Assembly: GCA_951406725.2 (NCBI GenBank)
Contig: OX597824.1
Coordinates: forward strand, 35,278,001 to 35,342,000
Length of the DNA: 64,000 nt
Source: Octopus vulgaris
Lineage: Eukaryota
Reading direction: 5' to 3'
Positions 24,180-38,977 of the stretch are shown here, one piece after another. The translations under genes and the position numbers were made by a program. The notes beneath the pieces are model-generated. The model did no database searches. It saw only the letters and a program-made list of their open reading frames with translations, and was not told where the DNA came from. Every line of letters begins with the position of its first letter. The first letter of the stretch is position 1.

Positions 24180-24680
24180 CTCTAAATCTTCGAGTATAGT
24201 CCGCCCTTGAGTATAATACGCAGGGGATTTTTAGGGGATTGTACCTCTGAAAAACTAAACCTTATGTATAATACGCACTCCTCTAACTTGAGTCGTAGCA
24301 CCTAGTCGAACAAACACTTCCGCGCATGCGTAGTACAATAATGGTAATGTTTTTAACTATAATTTGGGAATGTAAATATGTTTGCAAATTGTTTTTGTTA
24401 CTTGTTATTCTGTGTTCTGAATACTTTTATTTTAATAAATGTTACTTACTGCAAGTTATGAATGATTCTTTTATGATTTCATCGCTTTCAGGCTTAGCTT
24501 AAGATATTTTCGCGCCCGACATCACAAGATGCGTCTGAATAAACATTGCCGGATATGAAATAGAGACTCAGACATTGCTTAGAAAATATTTTTCATTTTT
24601 AACCTCGTATATAGTACGCACTAGATATTTTGACCGTTACATTTTGGGAAAAAATGCGGATTATACTCGAGGATTTACGG
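24180..24680. mobile_element. Tc1/mariner-superfamily (Tc2-like) MITE with TA TSD
   Basis: TA|ctctaaatcttcgagtatagtccgc ... gcggattatactcgaggatttacgg|TA; CCGTA-type end; internal gtataatacgca repeats. Confidence 0.85.
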
Positions 24681-24816
24681 TATATTAAATGCTTAGGCCT
24701 ATATCTTTGACCACTTCCTACTTTTAAAATCGTTCACCAGACAAGATAGCACTAAATGCTTACATATCCCACCAAGATTTGATAACGTAGTCCGAGGTGT
24801 ATTCAGCTGGTTTTGA

Positions 24817-24998
24817 TTTCCATGTACAGGAACGTTTCTTAAAACTGGTAACATTCCGAGACAAGTCTGACCAACTTAAGGAAATGCTAAAACAAAATTA
24901 AACTGCCGGTTTCCATGTACAGGAACGCTTCTTAAAACTGGTAACACTCCTAGACAAGTCTAACTAACTTAAAGAAGTTCTAAAAGCGAAATTAAACT
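24817..24998. repeat. Diverged tandem duplication, 93-bp period
   Basis: tttccatgtacaggaacg..cttaaaactggtaaca..agacaagtct..aaattaaact occurs twice. Confidence 0.85.
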
Positions 24999-26044
24999 CC
25001 TGATCCATAAACCAGCAGTCCGATGCCGTAACCACTCGGCCAGTTTGAAGCTAAAATATTTATGTATTTCCAATTGCCTGCTGCTCAATATTGGCCGAGA
25101 ACAAATTTATTGATCTGCACCATGAGTAATGGGTAAAAGTTTTTTTTTGTTTGTTTTTTTTCTCAGGGACTTCAAAGTTATAATTCTCAAGAGATACATT
25201 TATGAAAAGCTTCAGTTTTCTCTATGAAGCTGTCGTGTGAAGCTATAGAAAGTTCAATTAACTCTATTTATACTTCACTATAACAATCACTACTAATTAG
25301 GCGCTAGTTTGGCTCGTTCATGTCACGAACCATTCCGAAAAATCATCAATAAGAAAGCAAACAAACAAACAAACAAAAAAAACCAACAACGTTATCATTA
25401 GTCAGCTGAATGGGATAATTCTTATTTGAGATCAGCTTTAAACAAACGGAGTAGTTCATTCAATAGATGTAGATTCTCATAAATTAACAGCCACCTCGAA
25501 ATAAGTTCAGTGCGAAACATTGACAATTCTGGCAGCTACAGAGTTAACATTTTGGAGATAATTAGAATTAAGTTCGGAGCTATTTAGAATACCAAAACCA
25601 AAAACAAAAACAAAATAAGATAACAGAACAGCCATAAGATGATGTACAGCCGCAGAAACAGACAGAAACTTATAGCAGCAGTACGTATAAATACTGGAAA
25701 CTTTCTTTTATACATACATATATCCTAACATACATGCACACTCTCATATACAAACACACCAATATTTGCTCGCAAACACATGCGCACAAACTTACAAACG
25801 TTTCCAAGCACACACATAAACAATTACGTACACACTCGCCCTACAGGCACGTATATAGGCGTTTTTGCATGTAATACTGAACAGATGCATTTGTCCACTA
25901 AGAGAATCACTCACATAGCCACGAAAGATACCTCTAGAACTGATGTCATGACAAGTATGTGTACAATACAGTCCATAGATACAGCAAACATTCACGTACC
26001 TAATAACACGTGGACGTAGATAAGTGCGTGATTATTTGTGTGAG

Positions 26045-26087
26045 GTGTTTGTGTGTGTGTGTATGTGTACGTACACACACATATATA

Positions 26088-26136
<49 letters not shown>

Positions 26137-26601
26137 GTATGTATATACATACATACAAACATATGCACATAGACATACATTACACACGCTTGCAAACGCG
26201 CGCGCACACACACATATACTCACGCATTTATATGTATATATATATATATGTGTGTATGTGTGTGTGTGTGTGTACAGCTTATATATAGGTGTATTGTGCG
26301 TATCTATCTATATGCGTATATATATATATATTTATATGTATATATATATATGCATACCTATGTGAATATATATGTACATATTATGTACATCATATGTATG
26401 TATGTTTGTATGTTGTATGTATGCATGTATGTATATACACACATATATACGCATGCATTTATATGTATAAGTGTATGTGTGTTTGTATACAGCTTATGTA
26501 TATATATGTGTATTGTGTGTATATCTATGTATATATATGCATATGTATATGTGCATATATATGTACATATTATGTACATTATATGTATGTATATATGTAT
26601 G

Positions 26602-26668
<67 letters not shown>

Positions 26669-26671
26669 GTA

Positions 26672-26720
<49 letters not shown>

Positions 26721-26879
26721 TCACACACACACACAAACACACACATATTTGTATATACATGCACGTATGTAGATAGGCATAGTGATAATAAAAGCGTTTT
26801 GCATACATGTGCATGTGTGTGTGCGTGTGTGTGTGCATGTGTGTGCGTGCGTGTGTGTGTGTGCATGTGTGTGTGCGTG

Positions 26880-26930
<51 letters not shown>
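26045..26930. repeat. Long compound TA/TG/CA microsatellite with internal block duplication
   Basis: Direct inspection; gtacagcttat...gtacatattatgtacat block repeated. Confidence 0.92.
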
Positions 26931-26933
<3 letters not shown>

Positions 26934-27223
26934 TGTATAACGCATTTGTTTCAAAGAATGATTAAACCATCCTTCAACTAGACAGATCTCCGTGGGTTCA
27001 AATGAGAGTACAAATCAGTTAAGAGAAACACTAAAACAGTGTAATAGTTATTTACTGCGTGCACTCTGTTAGGAAGAAGCCGTTTCACAACTGATGCACG
27101 CAGGCAACTGAGGGCGTTAATGTCGCTGTTTATGTAATATATATTACTTGTCCGACAAGAATTGATGGCTATATTTTACTCTGTTGATGTGTGTTGATAG
27201 CACAAGAAAACAGATATTACATT

Positions 27224-27280
<57 letters not shown>

Positions 27281-27404
27281 GTGTGTGAGTTTGTGTTTTG
27301 TTCCCTGTAAGCCCTGATCAAACTGAGAATGTGACAGTCTCAATCCCGTAAAAAGCTATGCCACTTTTTATACATAACTATCAAAAGATATAAACAACAC
27401 TCCG

Positions 27405-27759
27405 AGGTGCAGGAGTGGCTGTTTGGTAAGTAGCTTGCTAACCGACCACATGGTTCCGGGTTCAGTCCCACTGCGTGGCATCTTGGGCAAGTGTCTTCTG
27501 CTATAGCCTCGGGCCGACCAAAGCCTTGTGAGTGAGTGGATTTGGTAGACGGAAACTGAAAGAAGCCTGTCGTATATATGTATATATGTATGTGTGTGTA
27601 TATGTTTGTCTCTCTAGCATCACTTAGCGGTTCGGCAAAAGAGACCGATTGAATAAGTACTGGTCTTACAAAGAATAAGTCCCGGGGGTCGAGTTGCTCG
27701 ATTAAAGGCGGTGCTCCAGCATGGCCGCAGTCAAATGACTGAAACAAGTAAAAGAGTAA
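27405..27759 (+). mobile_element. SINE family B with internal deletion
   Basis: Head and tail intact. Confidence 0.92.
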
Positions 27760-27848
27760 CAGAACAATTACGTCACAGTCCTAAATCCTAAAGTTTTGTA
27801 CATAGAAGAACATAATCCACTATTGTATGTCTTATTATCTCATATTCT

Positions 27849-28047
27849 AAGGCGGCGAAATGGTGGATTCGTTAGAGCATCGGAAAACAACTTAGCGGTA
27901 TTTCTTTCAACTCTTTGCATTCTGAGTTCAAATCAAACTAAGGTGAATTTTGCCTTCATTCTTTCGAGATCGATAACATAAAATGCTAGCCAAGTACTGT
28001 TATTGACTGACCCACATTCCCTCAAAATTACGGGCCTTGTACCTAAA
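27849..28047 (+). mobile_element. SINE family A (old, degenerate)
   Basis: aaggcggcgaaatgg...ctgagttcaaatc...gggccttgtacctaaa. Confidence 0.75.
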
Positions 28048-28083
28048 TCACAAATCACTCTTGGATATAGAGCGTATATTATA

Positions 28084-28318
28084 TATTTCTTTACTACCCA
28101 CAAGGGGCTAAACACAGAGGGGACAAACAAGGACAGACAAACGGATCAAGTCGATTACATCGACCCCAGTGCGTAACTGGTACTTAATTTATCGACCCCG
28201 AAAAGATGAAAGGCAAAGTCGACCACGGCGGAATTTGAACCCAGAACACTTAACGGCAGACGAAATACGGCTACGTATTTCGCCCGGCGTGCTAACGTTT
28301 CTGCCAGCTCGCCGCCTT
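28084..28318 (-). mobile_element. SINE family A (young), full length with 16-bp TSD
   Basis: tagagcgtatattata at 28068-28083 and 28319-28334. Confidence 0.95.
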
Positions 28319-28813
28319 TAGAGCGTATATTATAGAGTACTCAATGCTAGCATAGGTAGCTACTATGAAACTTAGGAAATGTATTGGGTTTATTCTGGTC
28401 ACAAACGGTAGTAGTTTCATTTCCCGATGAATAGGACTGTACTGGAATGATGGAATACCAATGTATTGTCGAACAAGCAGACACCGTTATAAAAGATTTT
28501 TAGAAAATTCCAAATTGAATGAATATATTATGTTTTTGCCAAACGTATTGACATCATTAAAGTGGAGTTTCCAAAGTAAGATTAATGCTTGTGAGTGGAT
28601 GAGTGAATGAACAAATAAAATATAAAGCCACTGATTAGGTTACGGTTGTAACTGCTTTCGTAGTTTAAGTAAAAGTGGCAAATAGAACCGCACTCAAAAC
28701 TTGATATCGTCATTAAAATTTTAGATAAGATTTTTTTTTCCAATTAACGCCAGGTACTATTGGCATTGTAGAGAACGAAACGAGGACTTACCTTAACAGA
28801 AATGTTCCATAAT

Positions 28814-29231
28814 AAGGCGGCGAACTGGCAGAAACGTTAACACACCGGGCAAAATGCTTAGCGGTATTTCGTCTGCCGCTACGTTCCGAGTTCATATTCC
28901 GCCGAGGTCGACTTTGCCTTTCGTCCTTTCGGGGTCGATAAATTAAGTACCAGTTGCGTACTGGGGTCGATATAATCGACTTAATCCGTTTGTTTGTCCT
29001 TGTTTGTCTTCTCTGTGTTTAGCGCCTTGTGGGTAGTAAAAGAAATAGGTATTTCGTATGTCGCTACGTTCTGAGTTCAAATTCCGCCGAGGTCGACTTT
29101 GCCTTTCATCCTTTCGGGGTCGATAAATTAAGTACCAGTTACGCACTGGGGTCGATATAATCGGCTTAATCCGTTTGTCTATGCTTGTTTGTTCCCTCTA
29201 TGTTTAGTCCCTTGTGGGCAATAAAGAAATA
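28814..29231 (+). mobile_element. SINE family A dimer inside one 16-bp TSD
   Basis: agaaatgttccataat at 28798-28813 and 29232-29247; second unit starts at internal ggtatttcgt (29049). Confidence 0.95.
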
Positions 29232-29739
29232 AGAAATGTTCCATAATGAAAGAATGTTGGAAACATTAGCAAGATATTTAACATAACTTTCTTCAGAAAT
29301 ATTTAATCAGGCTGCGCAATATTCTATGAATACATTAATGTTTGAGAAACTCAGATTTAAAAAGAAACTAGAATACATAACAGAACACTTCAATTGCCAA
29401 AGGAAGGGCCCTGTTTCAATCCATTCTTCAGCATAAATGTCATGAAACATAACACGAAATTGTGTTTATCAAAACCATTTTCCCAGCTAATACTTCTACA
29501 AGCTCTTCATAAAAAAAGTGAAAGTTAGCTATAGTTGTGTTTAGATATCTCTAATCTCAAAGAGATTTTTTTTTTAATGATTAACTGCATGCACATAGGG
29601 ACAAGAATAAACCACAGTTCAAATGCAACCCCAATAAAGTAACATTATGTCTACTAAACAGTAAGTGCCTTACAAAGGCACAGGCATGTTAGGATAATAT
29701 GGTACCCCAATATGGTTATGCAAAAAAAGTACATGAGAC

Positions 29740-30418
29740 TTTCCATCTCTCAGTGTACTTCCTGGTTTACTCACATGACTGCCCGTCTCACTTGCTGTTG
29801 ATTGTTGTTTATTTCTCTCACTCTATCTCACTCTCTTTGCCTTTATAGGAATTTCTTAATTTTTCAGCACAGCCACTGCTTTCTCTTTACAAGGTGACAG
29901 AAAGAAGGAATAAAATTAGACACTTAAGTTGACATTCTATATGTTTTATACACATGGAAACAAACACATACACAGATGGAAATACTTTCAAAAACTGATT
30001 ATATATACAAAATATACATTCCTTCTCGAACTGAAACACAAGGAAAATAATGTAGCTATCGAGGTAGCGATAGAATGAAAACTTCATCCTCGAACAAATT
30101 ACTAAACTCTACTCTATGTATGGGCTACATTTTTTCCCTCGCTTGTACAATGAAACAGAAAGAAATACACGCGCATATGTTTATAGATATATGCGTGTGT
30201 GTTTGTTTCCATGTGTATAAAACATATAGGATGTCAACATAAGTGTCTAATTTTATTCCTTCTTTCTGAAAGAGAAAGCAGTGGCTGTGCTGAAAAATTA
30301 AGAAATTCATATAAAGGTAAAGAGAGTGAGATAGAGTGAGAGAAATAAACAACAATCAACAGCAAGTGAGACGGGCAGTCATGTGAGCAAACCAGGAAGT
30401 ACACTGAGAGATGGAAAA
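29740..30418. repeat. Foldback: ~230-bp inverted repeats with ~220-bp spacer
   Basis: 29740-29973 is the reverse complement of 30195-30418 with few mismatches and one short indel. Confidence 0.9.
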
Positions 30419-30999
30419 GAGTAAGATAGGATGAGAGCAGAGAAATGGAAAAATTAGAAAGAACTCTACAGTAGAGCTCTACAATGTAATAAAATAATAG
30501 TGATACAGAGATTGCGGGAATGATTGTACTAGAGAGAGAGAGTGTGTGTGTGTGTGTGTTTGTGTGCTTCATGTACAATATTACAGTATATATAGGGGAG
30601 GCAAGCGGTTGGAAAACGAAAGGAAGAAACGGAAGCTGATGCTGATTAACCGAGGGAAATGCTGAGAGAGAAGAAAAGGTATAATAAGATATGTGAGTCA
30701 ATGGAATTAATGAAGAGAATGAGTAGAGATAAAACGAATAAGAATAACCGAAAAAAGACAAAACACACAAACACACACAACACGTGTATGTAGTTGTGTA
30801 ATTAGGGTAGACATTTTCGTTTATGTGTTTTTGGCTTAAGAAATGATGTTAAATTCTTCCTGTTCTCTAACAACACGTTTGATTAGTATAAGAAGTGTGT
30901 ATAATACGATTGCTGTGCTAATGGAAGAAGAAAGATTAAGTTAGATGTAAGATGGCACCGTTGGGTCTCAGTGTTTTTACTTTCAACAGATCAAACAAG

Positions 31000-31200
31000 A
31001 TAGACATACTCGAACGAAATTCCTACAAATTACACCCAACTGTTTTAAAGACAGGAAGGACACATTGAATAATGTAGTTTCTGATATTTAAAAATGGCGG
31101 CATGGTCCCGACTGAAATGTTCTTTGATCATTGGACTGCTCAGTCAGGGCTGAGCTGGAGCTAATAGCAATATAACAATAACAACAGTAATAACAACAAC
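31000..31200 (+). mobile_element. Old degenerate dispersed repeat with (AAC)n-like tail
   Basis: ctttgatcattggactgctcagtcagggctga motif; related reverse-orientation copies near 20590, 40920 and 57950. Confidence 0.55.
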
Positions 31201-32183
31201 AAAAATATAAATAGTTTGGTAAAAATAACAAAATTACCATTTGTTAAAACAAAGAAGGAGAATAACTAAATAAATACTTAATTCTTTCTTAGAGAACAAT
31301 AAAACTCCCCCAAATTAGCATTTACTACGATTCACGAAGTTCATTTTGGAATACTTACTAAAAGAAATGAATTAAAAGAAATTTAACATACTATAGAAAC
31401 AAACAAATCTACATTAATTTACACAAGTAATATTTATAAAGAAATAAAGAACCTTTAAACATAAATGCAAGAAGACGAACACCATTCTATGAAAAAAAAA
31501 AAAGAAAAAAGAAACATGGTGTGGGTGTATGGTATGAAGTTTGCTCTCTGACCATAAAGATAAAAGTCACTATATTTAAAACCAATAAATACAGAAAGCA
31601 CCTTTTTGATGACATTTCTCTTAGTGTTTCTACACCTTTTCTCCTCTACCCTGTACATATTCTATAACGAAGCCTAACAACTGTTTCCCTCTGTTTGCAG
31701 CCAATTGTAATTCTACTGGATTTTTTTTTACACCGAATAACCACAGCACGACTTACAATATTGCCACCATAATCCTACTTACGATATGAAGTCAAATATA
31801 AGCACGACTCTCTCAGGAGGCCATTTAAATGTATTTGAGTATATTCCGTTGAGGAGTCGTAACGCGAAACTTCAGGGTTTTTTTCTTTTCAACGGAACCG
31901 TTCCTAGAGAACAGACTTTCGTGAGTTTGCATGTATTGGTTCATTAACTCTGAAGCTAGAAGCACAACTGATCGAAATCAGAGGTTAATGTGTGTGTGTG
32001 TGCGTAATTGTATGAGTGTGTGAGAGAGAGAGAGGGAGTTGTGTGTGTGTGTGTGTGTGAGTGTTGTGTGTGTGAGTGTATGTGTGTTAATATACGTCAA
32101 ACATAAAAATGAGCACTGAAATACGAATATATTAATGAATGTTATACATACATACATATTTACATGCGTGTATGTGTGTGTGT

Positions 32184-32248
<65 letters not shown>

Positions 32249-32254
32249 TATACC

Positions 32255-32665
32255 TTTTTTATCTTTTATTTGTTTCAGTCCTTAGACTGCAGCCATGCTG
32301 GGACACCACTCGAGGAATTTTCGTCGAATTAATTGATCCACATACTTAATTTTTTTAAAGCCCGGTACTTATTCTATCGGATTCTTTTGCTGAGCCGCTA
32401 AGTTACGGTGGCATAAACACGGTTGTCAAGAGATGGAGAGGACAAACACAGATACAACGACACACACGCATGCACACACAAATACAAACACCCCCCCCCC
32501 CACACACACACACTTATATATATTCAGTTTCTGTCAACCAAATCTACTCACAAGGAATTGATCGGCCCGGGGCTATACTGGAACACACCTGCCAAGGTGT
32601 CACACAGTGAGACAGAACCTGGAACCAAGTGGTTGGGAATCAAACTTCTTGCCACACAGCCACAC
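32255..32665 (-). mobile_element. SINE family B (diverged, full length)
   Basis: Tail, body and head recognisable. Confidence 0.88.
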
Positions 32666-32667
32666 CT

Positions 32668-32699
<32 letters not shown>

Positions 32700-32731
32700 T
32701 GTATCTATCTATGTCTATGTATGGAGTTAAG

Positions 32732-33074
32732 TTTACTCTTTACTCTTTTACTCTTTTACTTGTTTCACAAATGTGACTGTGGCCATGCCTGAGCACCGCC
32801 TTTAGTCGAGCAAATCGACCCCAGGACTTATTCTTTGTAAACCTGGTACTTATTCTATGGGTCACTTTTGCCGAACCGCTAAGTTACGGGGACGTAAACA
32901 CACCAGCATCGGTTGTCAAGCGATGTTAGGGCGGACAAACACAGACACACAAACATATACACACATGCATATATATATACATATATACGACGGGCTTCTT
33001 TCAGTTTCCGTCTACCAAATCCACTCACAAGGCTTTGGTCAGCCCGAGGCTACAGTAGAAGACACTTGCCCAAG
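32732..33074 (-). mobile_element. SINE family B, 5'-truncated
   Basis: (ttttactc)n tail; ends at gacacttgcccaag. Confidence 0.92.
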
Positions 33075-33404
33075 TGAGATTTTATGGTGAGTCCCATGCA
33101 AGTGGAGAGTCAATTAGATCCGTCTCTTTGACTTTCGAAACGTTTGGAGGCACGGTTCCACAGAATAAATACAATGACTAAAGCCAATAGAAAACTAAAA
33201 GAATGTTATTTATTTATTTATAATTTTTTTTTGGGGGGGGGGGTTCTCCGATTCCAATTCCTCGACCCAAATGTAACACAAATAATAACGTCGAATCGCA
33301 CAACTTTTTCCAATTAAATCAGTCTTCACCAGTAATACGTATAAAAAAAAATACCCGTTATATATAAGGGCTCACGATACAATGTGGCAATTATTATATA
33401 CTAG

Positions 33405-33552
33405 TCTTGAGTTCAAATTCCTCTGAGATCGGCTTTGCATTTCACCCTTTCGGGGTCGATAAAATAAATATCATCTGAGAACTGGAGTCGATGTAAATCG
33501 ATTGACTCCCTTTCCCCAAAATTGCTGGCCTTGAGGCAAAATTTAAAGCCAA
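33405..33552 (+). mobile_element. SINE family A (old), 5'-truncated
   Basis: gagttcaaattc...cctttcggggtcgataaaat...ggccttgaggcaaaattt. Confidence 0.8.
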
Positions 33553-35644
33553 TTTTTATACAAATCTAGGGCCGTTCCACTCGTACTACCATCAGCCGCA
33601 CCAAAAGCAGTGGTAGTGGTGGTGGTGGCGGCAGCTTTTGTGGTGGTGAGAATAATGATTATGATGATGATGGTGCAGGAGAAGGAAAGGAAATAAAAAA
33701 TGAGAAAAACAAAAAGATATGAAAGGAAATAGGAAAATGAATCCACAAGAGTAAAAATACTAGAAGTAGTACCAGTAGTAGCGACAATTATAACAGGTCG
33801 GACAAATATTTGGTCCATTGTAAAGTTATTTTGGTTCTCAAAAGTCGTAGATCAGTCGCATAACTTAAACCGGATTCTTTTATAACTTATATTAACTACC
33901 CGTTAGGGCGAATATTATATTTAATATATAATTCTTCTGGCGAAAACTTTCAATTAGACTGGATATGTTTCCACTGGAAGAGGTGCGTCGATCAAATAAG
34001 TGTTTACAAATCTCATATGCTTTCTCTGAGATGAAACCGGAAGTGATGTTTGACACGACATAGTGTTTCAAACCTTGAAACGTTTAAAGTAACATAACTT
34101 ACATTCCATATCAAGATAATCGCAGATAGGAAAAGCGATAACTTATGCATGTATGAATATGTATGCGTATGTGTGTGGGTGAGTGCGTACATATATTTAT
34201 ATATATATATACGCACACACGCACACACATACATACATAAATGCGCGCGCGCTGACATTTATACATGCACATATGCATATGTAAATATATACGTACATAC
34301 ACAGGCGCACAAATGAGCAAATTCTAGGAGACGGTTTGAGACTGGTTAATATTCCTGCCTCTCTCAAAAAATATTTTGTGGTTTGTGCAACTCAAATGGT
34401 TTCAAATAGGAAACGAAATCACATCACGAACTCAGCTTGTCGGATTACTTCTTGCTCAGCGGGATACGCCATACCTACTTTCATATCTAATCTCTGTGTG
34501 TGATATTATGTAACTAATTAAATCTATAAGTAATAAAGAAGTAAATAAACAGCCAGAGAAATTGCAGAAAACATCAGACTGCTATGATTAAAATACATTG
34601 CTCTTCATTGTCTGACGATCTCAAAGTTGTTAATTCTACCTACTCAAACGTCCAAGGTTGACAATTCAGCCGAAGAAATGAGGATTTTATAGCTTGAGTT
34701 TCCACATGGCACTGATAAAACAGCTTATGGTGTATGAGAGCGGGGAAGGGTATATGTGTGGTTGTGTATCAAAGTGAATAATACTGATGAATAATACTGA
34801 TGAAGGCCTTATCGAAATTTGATCAAAGTGTCATTCACTTTACGTAAATAAATGATAGCTTTTCGAGTGTAAAAGATTATCAGTTTTTATGTAATGATAG
34901 TTTATCTAGATTACCATCTTTGTAATTCAACCCCAGAGAATGTGGTGCTGCTACTAACCAAACTATATAATTATTTAAATATGTTGAAAGTGAATAAACA
35001 AATAAATAAATAAATGATTGGGCAAATAAACCAAAATAATGAAAAAATAAGTAAAACATAGATACATACGTACTTGAACCTCCATGGAAATGTAATTGAG
35101 AAAAGTTGGAATGTAAATATATAAACACAATCTATCATAGAATTGTGAAATATTTGGCAGAAAGAAATACACCGACAACCATAAGCATTTAATGCAAAAA
35201 TTCTGAAGTAATAAAATTATACAACATAGTGTAGAACAAAATAAATACCTAAATAGATAAAAGAACTAACATTGGCACTTGTTAAATATTAAAATTTCGA
35301 AAAACTGCTTCAGTCAATTCCATCAATATATTGCTTACGATGCATGACAGATATTTGATTATCGACTTCCACAAGGATGGAAAGTAAAATAAATTGCGAC
35401 GGAATTTGAACTCATAACGAAATACCGCAAATCATTTTAACAGACACCTTACCGATTCTGTCTATCCATAGTTACCATTGATTATTAATTTCTAACAGAG
35501 ACAGGAAACCACAATTGGGTGTTACTCTTTTTATATATCGAGAACTCGTTAGAATGAAAGATAAATCCTATCTTGGCATGATTGAATGCTGCAAGTCATT
35601 TCGTTGAATGCTCAACCATTTCTACCAGTTCTCTCTCTCTCTCT

Positions 35645-35870
35645 CTTTACTCTTTTACTTGTTTCAGTCATTTGACTGCGGCCATACTGGAGCACCGCCT
35701 TTAATCGAGCAACTCGACCCCGGGACTTGTTCTTTTGTAAGCCCAGTACTTATTCTATCGGTCTCTTTTGCCGAACCGCTAAGGAACGGGGACATAAACA
35801 CACCAGCATCGGATTGATTGATAAAGGAACGGGGACATAAACACACCACCAAGCGGATTGATTGATAAAG
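35645..35870 (-). mobile_element. SINE family B 3' part with a ~45-bp tandem duplication at the truncation point
   Basis: aaggaacggggacataaacacacca...cggattgattgataaag occurs twice. Confidence 0.85.
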
Positions 35871-38800
35871 TCAAGTCTACCAACCAATAGCCGTAAAATG
35901 AGAGAACAATATGTAATATCCTAGCTTAACTTATCTGGTACTGATTAGCAGAGAGTCTTACGTTTTCTAAGCCATTGGGGATTAGACGAAACTGTTTCAC
36001 CTGAAACTGGAGGCTTTGTATGAAAAAAATACATCGAGAATGAAGGTGCGATGTCATACCGAAATACCGTGTCTGATATTCTGCCGACGTTAGTTGGAAT
36101 TCGGTTCAATAAGAATTTCATCTGCAAGATAAAATTCGCAGCAAATGTTTTTACATGCACACATCTTTGTATTGACGCCTACTGATTGTTGTGCTTGTAC
36201 TAGATTAATTCTCCTCAGCATACACCAGCATTCCGGCTTACTCCAAATGACCGAAGCGGCATTTGCTACTGAAGGGGCGAAATCATGCTGAAATGTTGTA
36301 TCTGGTAGTCTGCTGTTATCACTTGGAGCTCAGCACGACGTGCTTTTCTCCGAAATATATTTCCGCTGCGAATGTCTTTCACGTTCTTGCATTTAAAATA
36401 AATGTTCACAACATTATATGCATGCATGTGCGTGTGTATATGTATACACACGTACGCACACACAATCACTTACACAATCACGCACACACGCACACACACA
36501 TACACACACATACACATATATATACACACACGCTTATACATACAGACACACACACATATATATATAGACATACATATACACGCATATGTATATATATATA
36601 CATATAGATATACATACAGACACACACATACACACACATACATACATATATATATATATATAACGCTAAATGCGATTGTTTTATGCAAAGATTCAAAACA
36701 AAATTATTGCTTCAAAAGAATTGTAGCTTCAAAAAAAAATTATTCAAAAAATTGTAGCTTCAGCAATAACATGCAGATTCTACACATTCATAGTAGTGAG
36801 TATTTATATCGTCACAAAAGTTAAAATTGTGATCCTTAAAACTAACTTGAGGAAATTAGAATAACGAGAGGATTATTTTGTGATCGAATCTTGGTTGGAA
36901 TAGCTAACGAATCAGTTAAACGCAATTCCAAAAGAAATATGTAATATGACTCAAGATTTCAAACTGTTGGTGCCTGAACTAAGTCTTGTTAGAAGACATG
37001 ATACATTGGTAAAAGAATTCACTTCCGCTTACAACCATGCTAATTTTTTAAAAATCTATTTACTGCTGTATTCCTCTTGTATATCTGAACAGCTGTTTTT
37101 ACAATTCAGTCCTACTTTTCTGAACACTAAACAGAAATATTATGCAAATGAGCTATCCTGTGTATTATAATTAATGTAGAGACAGCACGTAAAGCAAATA
37201 TAATACGATATTCGTCTGGAGATAGTATCGCGTATGGACGTGCTGTGTTTAAAACATAATATATATCAGAGGCAGACGAAAATCAGCCAATCAGCAGCCA
37301 GCGAGAATACTACATTCGCATTTCTGTCTTGTTAGTCGTTGTCAGTAGCTTGTAGTCATGGGCCAAGCACACGCCAAAAAAAGGGCTGTCCCCATGAATG
37401 TAGAAAAACAGTGAAGGAACATTCACCTCAGTTTTTATAGTTTATTTTCATAAAATTAACGGAAGCAACTATTTCAAGATATCTCTTTCGCTTTTAGTTG
37501 CTTTTCTTGGTCAGTTATTGTTGTGCCCTTTTGAGCTAGCACTTATTTCTTTATAAAGAAAAACGATTTATGAGCGGCAGTTATTCAAAATTATTAGTGT
37601 AAGAAGACTTGTGAAGTCCTTGTCACATTTAAACAAAAACTTCACTGACAACATCATAATCTATGTTTTTGTTCCCTTCGCACACACATAAAGTCATTAA
37701 TAACGACTTTAGTCCTCTTGAAACCAAAAAGTACTTGTCTAGAAATATTACAGGAATTAAATGAGACAGAAAACTATATACAAGCCTATAAAATACGACT
37801 GACAAATATTGTCTCTGAATAAAAAAGGATCTTGTGAAGTTTGAACGGCATTTAAAACAAAGAATAATAGATTTTGAAAACAACTGGAAGTCTTTTGTAC
37901 TGTTTGTACTATAGGTAAGCGTTATCGTTAAACGTATTCATCTAAGGGTTTTTATAAAATTAATTATATCATTTACGACAGCACAGTCGTTGGAAGTAGT
38001 AACGGCGGCGATAAATCTCCAAAAGATATCGACTTGGTCGTGAGTAATCAACTCCAGTTAAAAGCAGTGGGAGAAGCGGTTAAGAGGAATACTTCAGACT
38101 GTTTATATTAATCTTGAATAGAAAATTAAACAGCAGCAACGAGAATAGTGCAGGAAATTCACGTACGACGCATGTTATTTGCCACGAAGTTGTGATAAAC
38201 AATATTAAAACATAATGAGAATCCATCCATTACTTGAGAACTAAGGGACATTAAATGGAAGAGTGTATTAAAAGTACAAAAACAAAAGGAATAAAATCGC
38301 GGGAAGCGAGATCTCGAGATTAGAATCATAGATAAAAACCGTCTCAACTAAAGAGTTAAAACGTAAGCAATGTATTTTGCTACTAAAAATTCAATTAAAT
38401 TTTCCTAAATCCTTATCTATAAACTGAAACAACTGGATGTTATTTCGTAAATTGTAGTGCATACGAGTCAGAATCTAGTTTGTAGCCGTTTGGGTTCAAT
38501 AGTAGAAAACAAACCAGTTGGTCGAGAGTTTGTGCATTTATAGACACACGGCTCTTATAGAAGCTAAGTGTTGAGTGAAACTTTAATTTATAGGCATATG
38601 GGCATGTGGCAGAAATTTGACAGCTTGCAGGTTAATAAGGGACGATGAATAGTTTTTTTTTTTTTAAGGCATCATGGCGGGGAAAATAGTCTAGGTTCGG
38701 AAATTGATTAATTTCAGAACCCTTACTAAAGAAAAATTGATCCTTGTTGGCTTATTCCTAAAATGTCGATTTCCATTTTTAGGAACATGGATGCAGTCAT

Positions 38801-38977
38801 GGGTGGGTGGTTTATATGCTCGCTTTGCAATCACGTGGTTTCCGGTTCATTTCTACTGCGCAACACCTTAGGTAAGTCTCTTCTACAATAGCCCCGAGCA
38901 GACCAATGCTTTGTGAGTGAATTTGGTAGGTGGAAACTGTGGAAACCCGTCGTACATATATATATATATATATATAT

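Noticed and set aside
34783-34830. Duplicated ctgatgaa followed by gaaa and palindrome tttgatcaaa
   Set aside because: Stems I and II and the cleavage triplet do not register; likely chance plus a small tandem duplication
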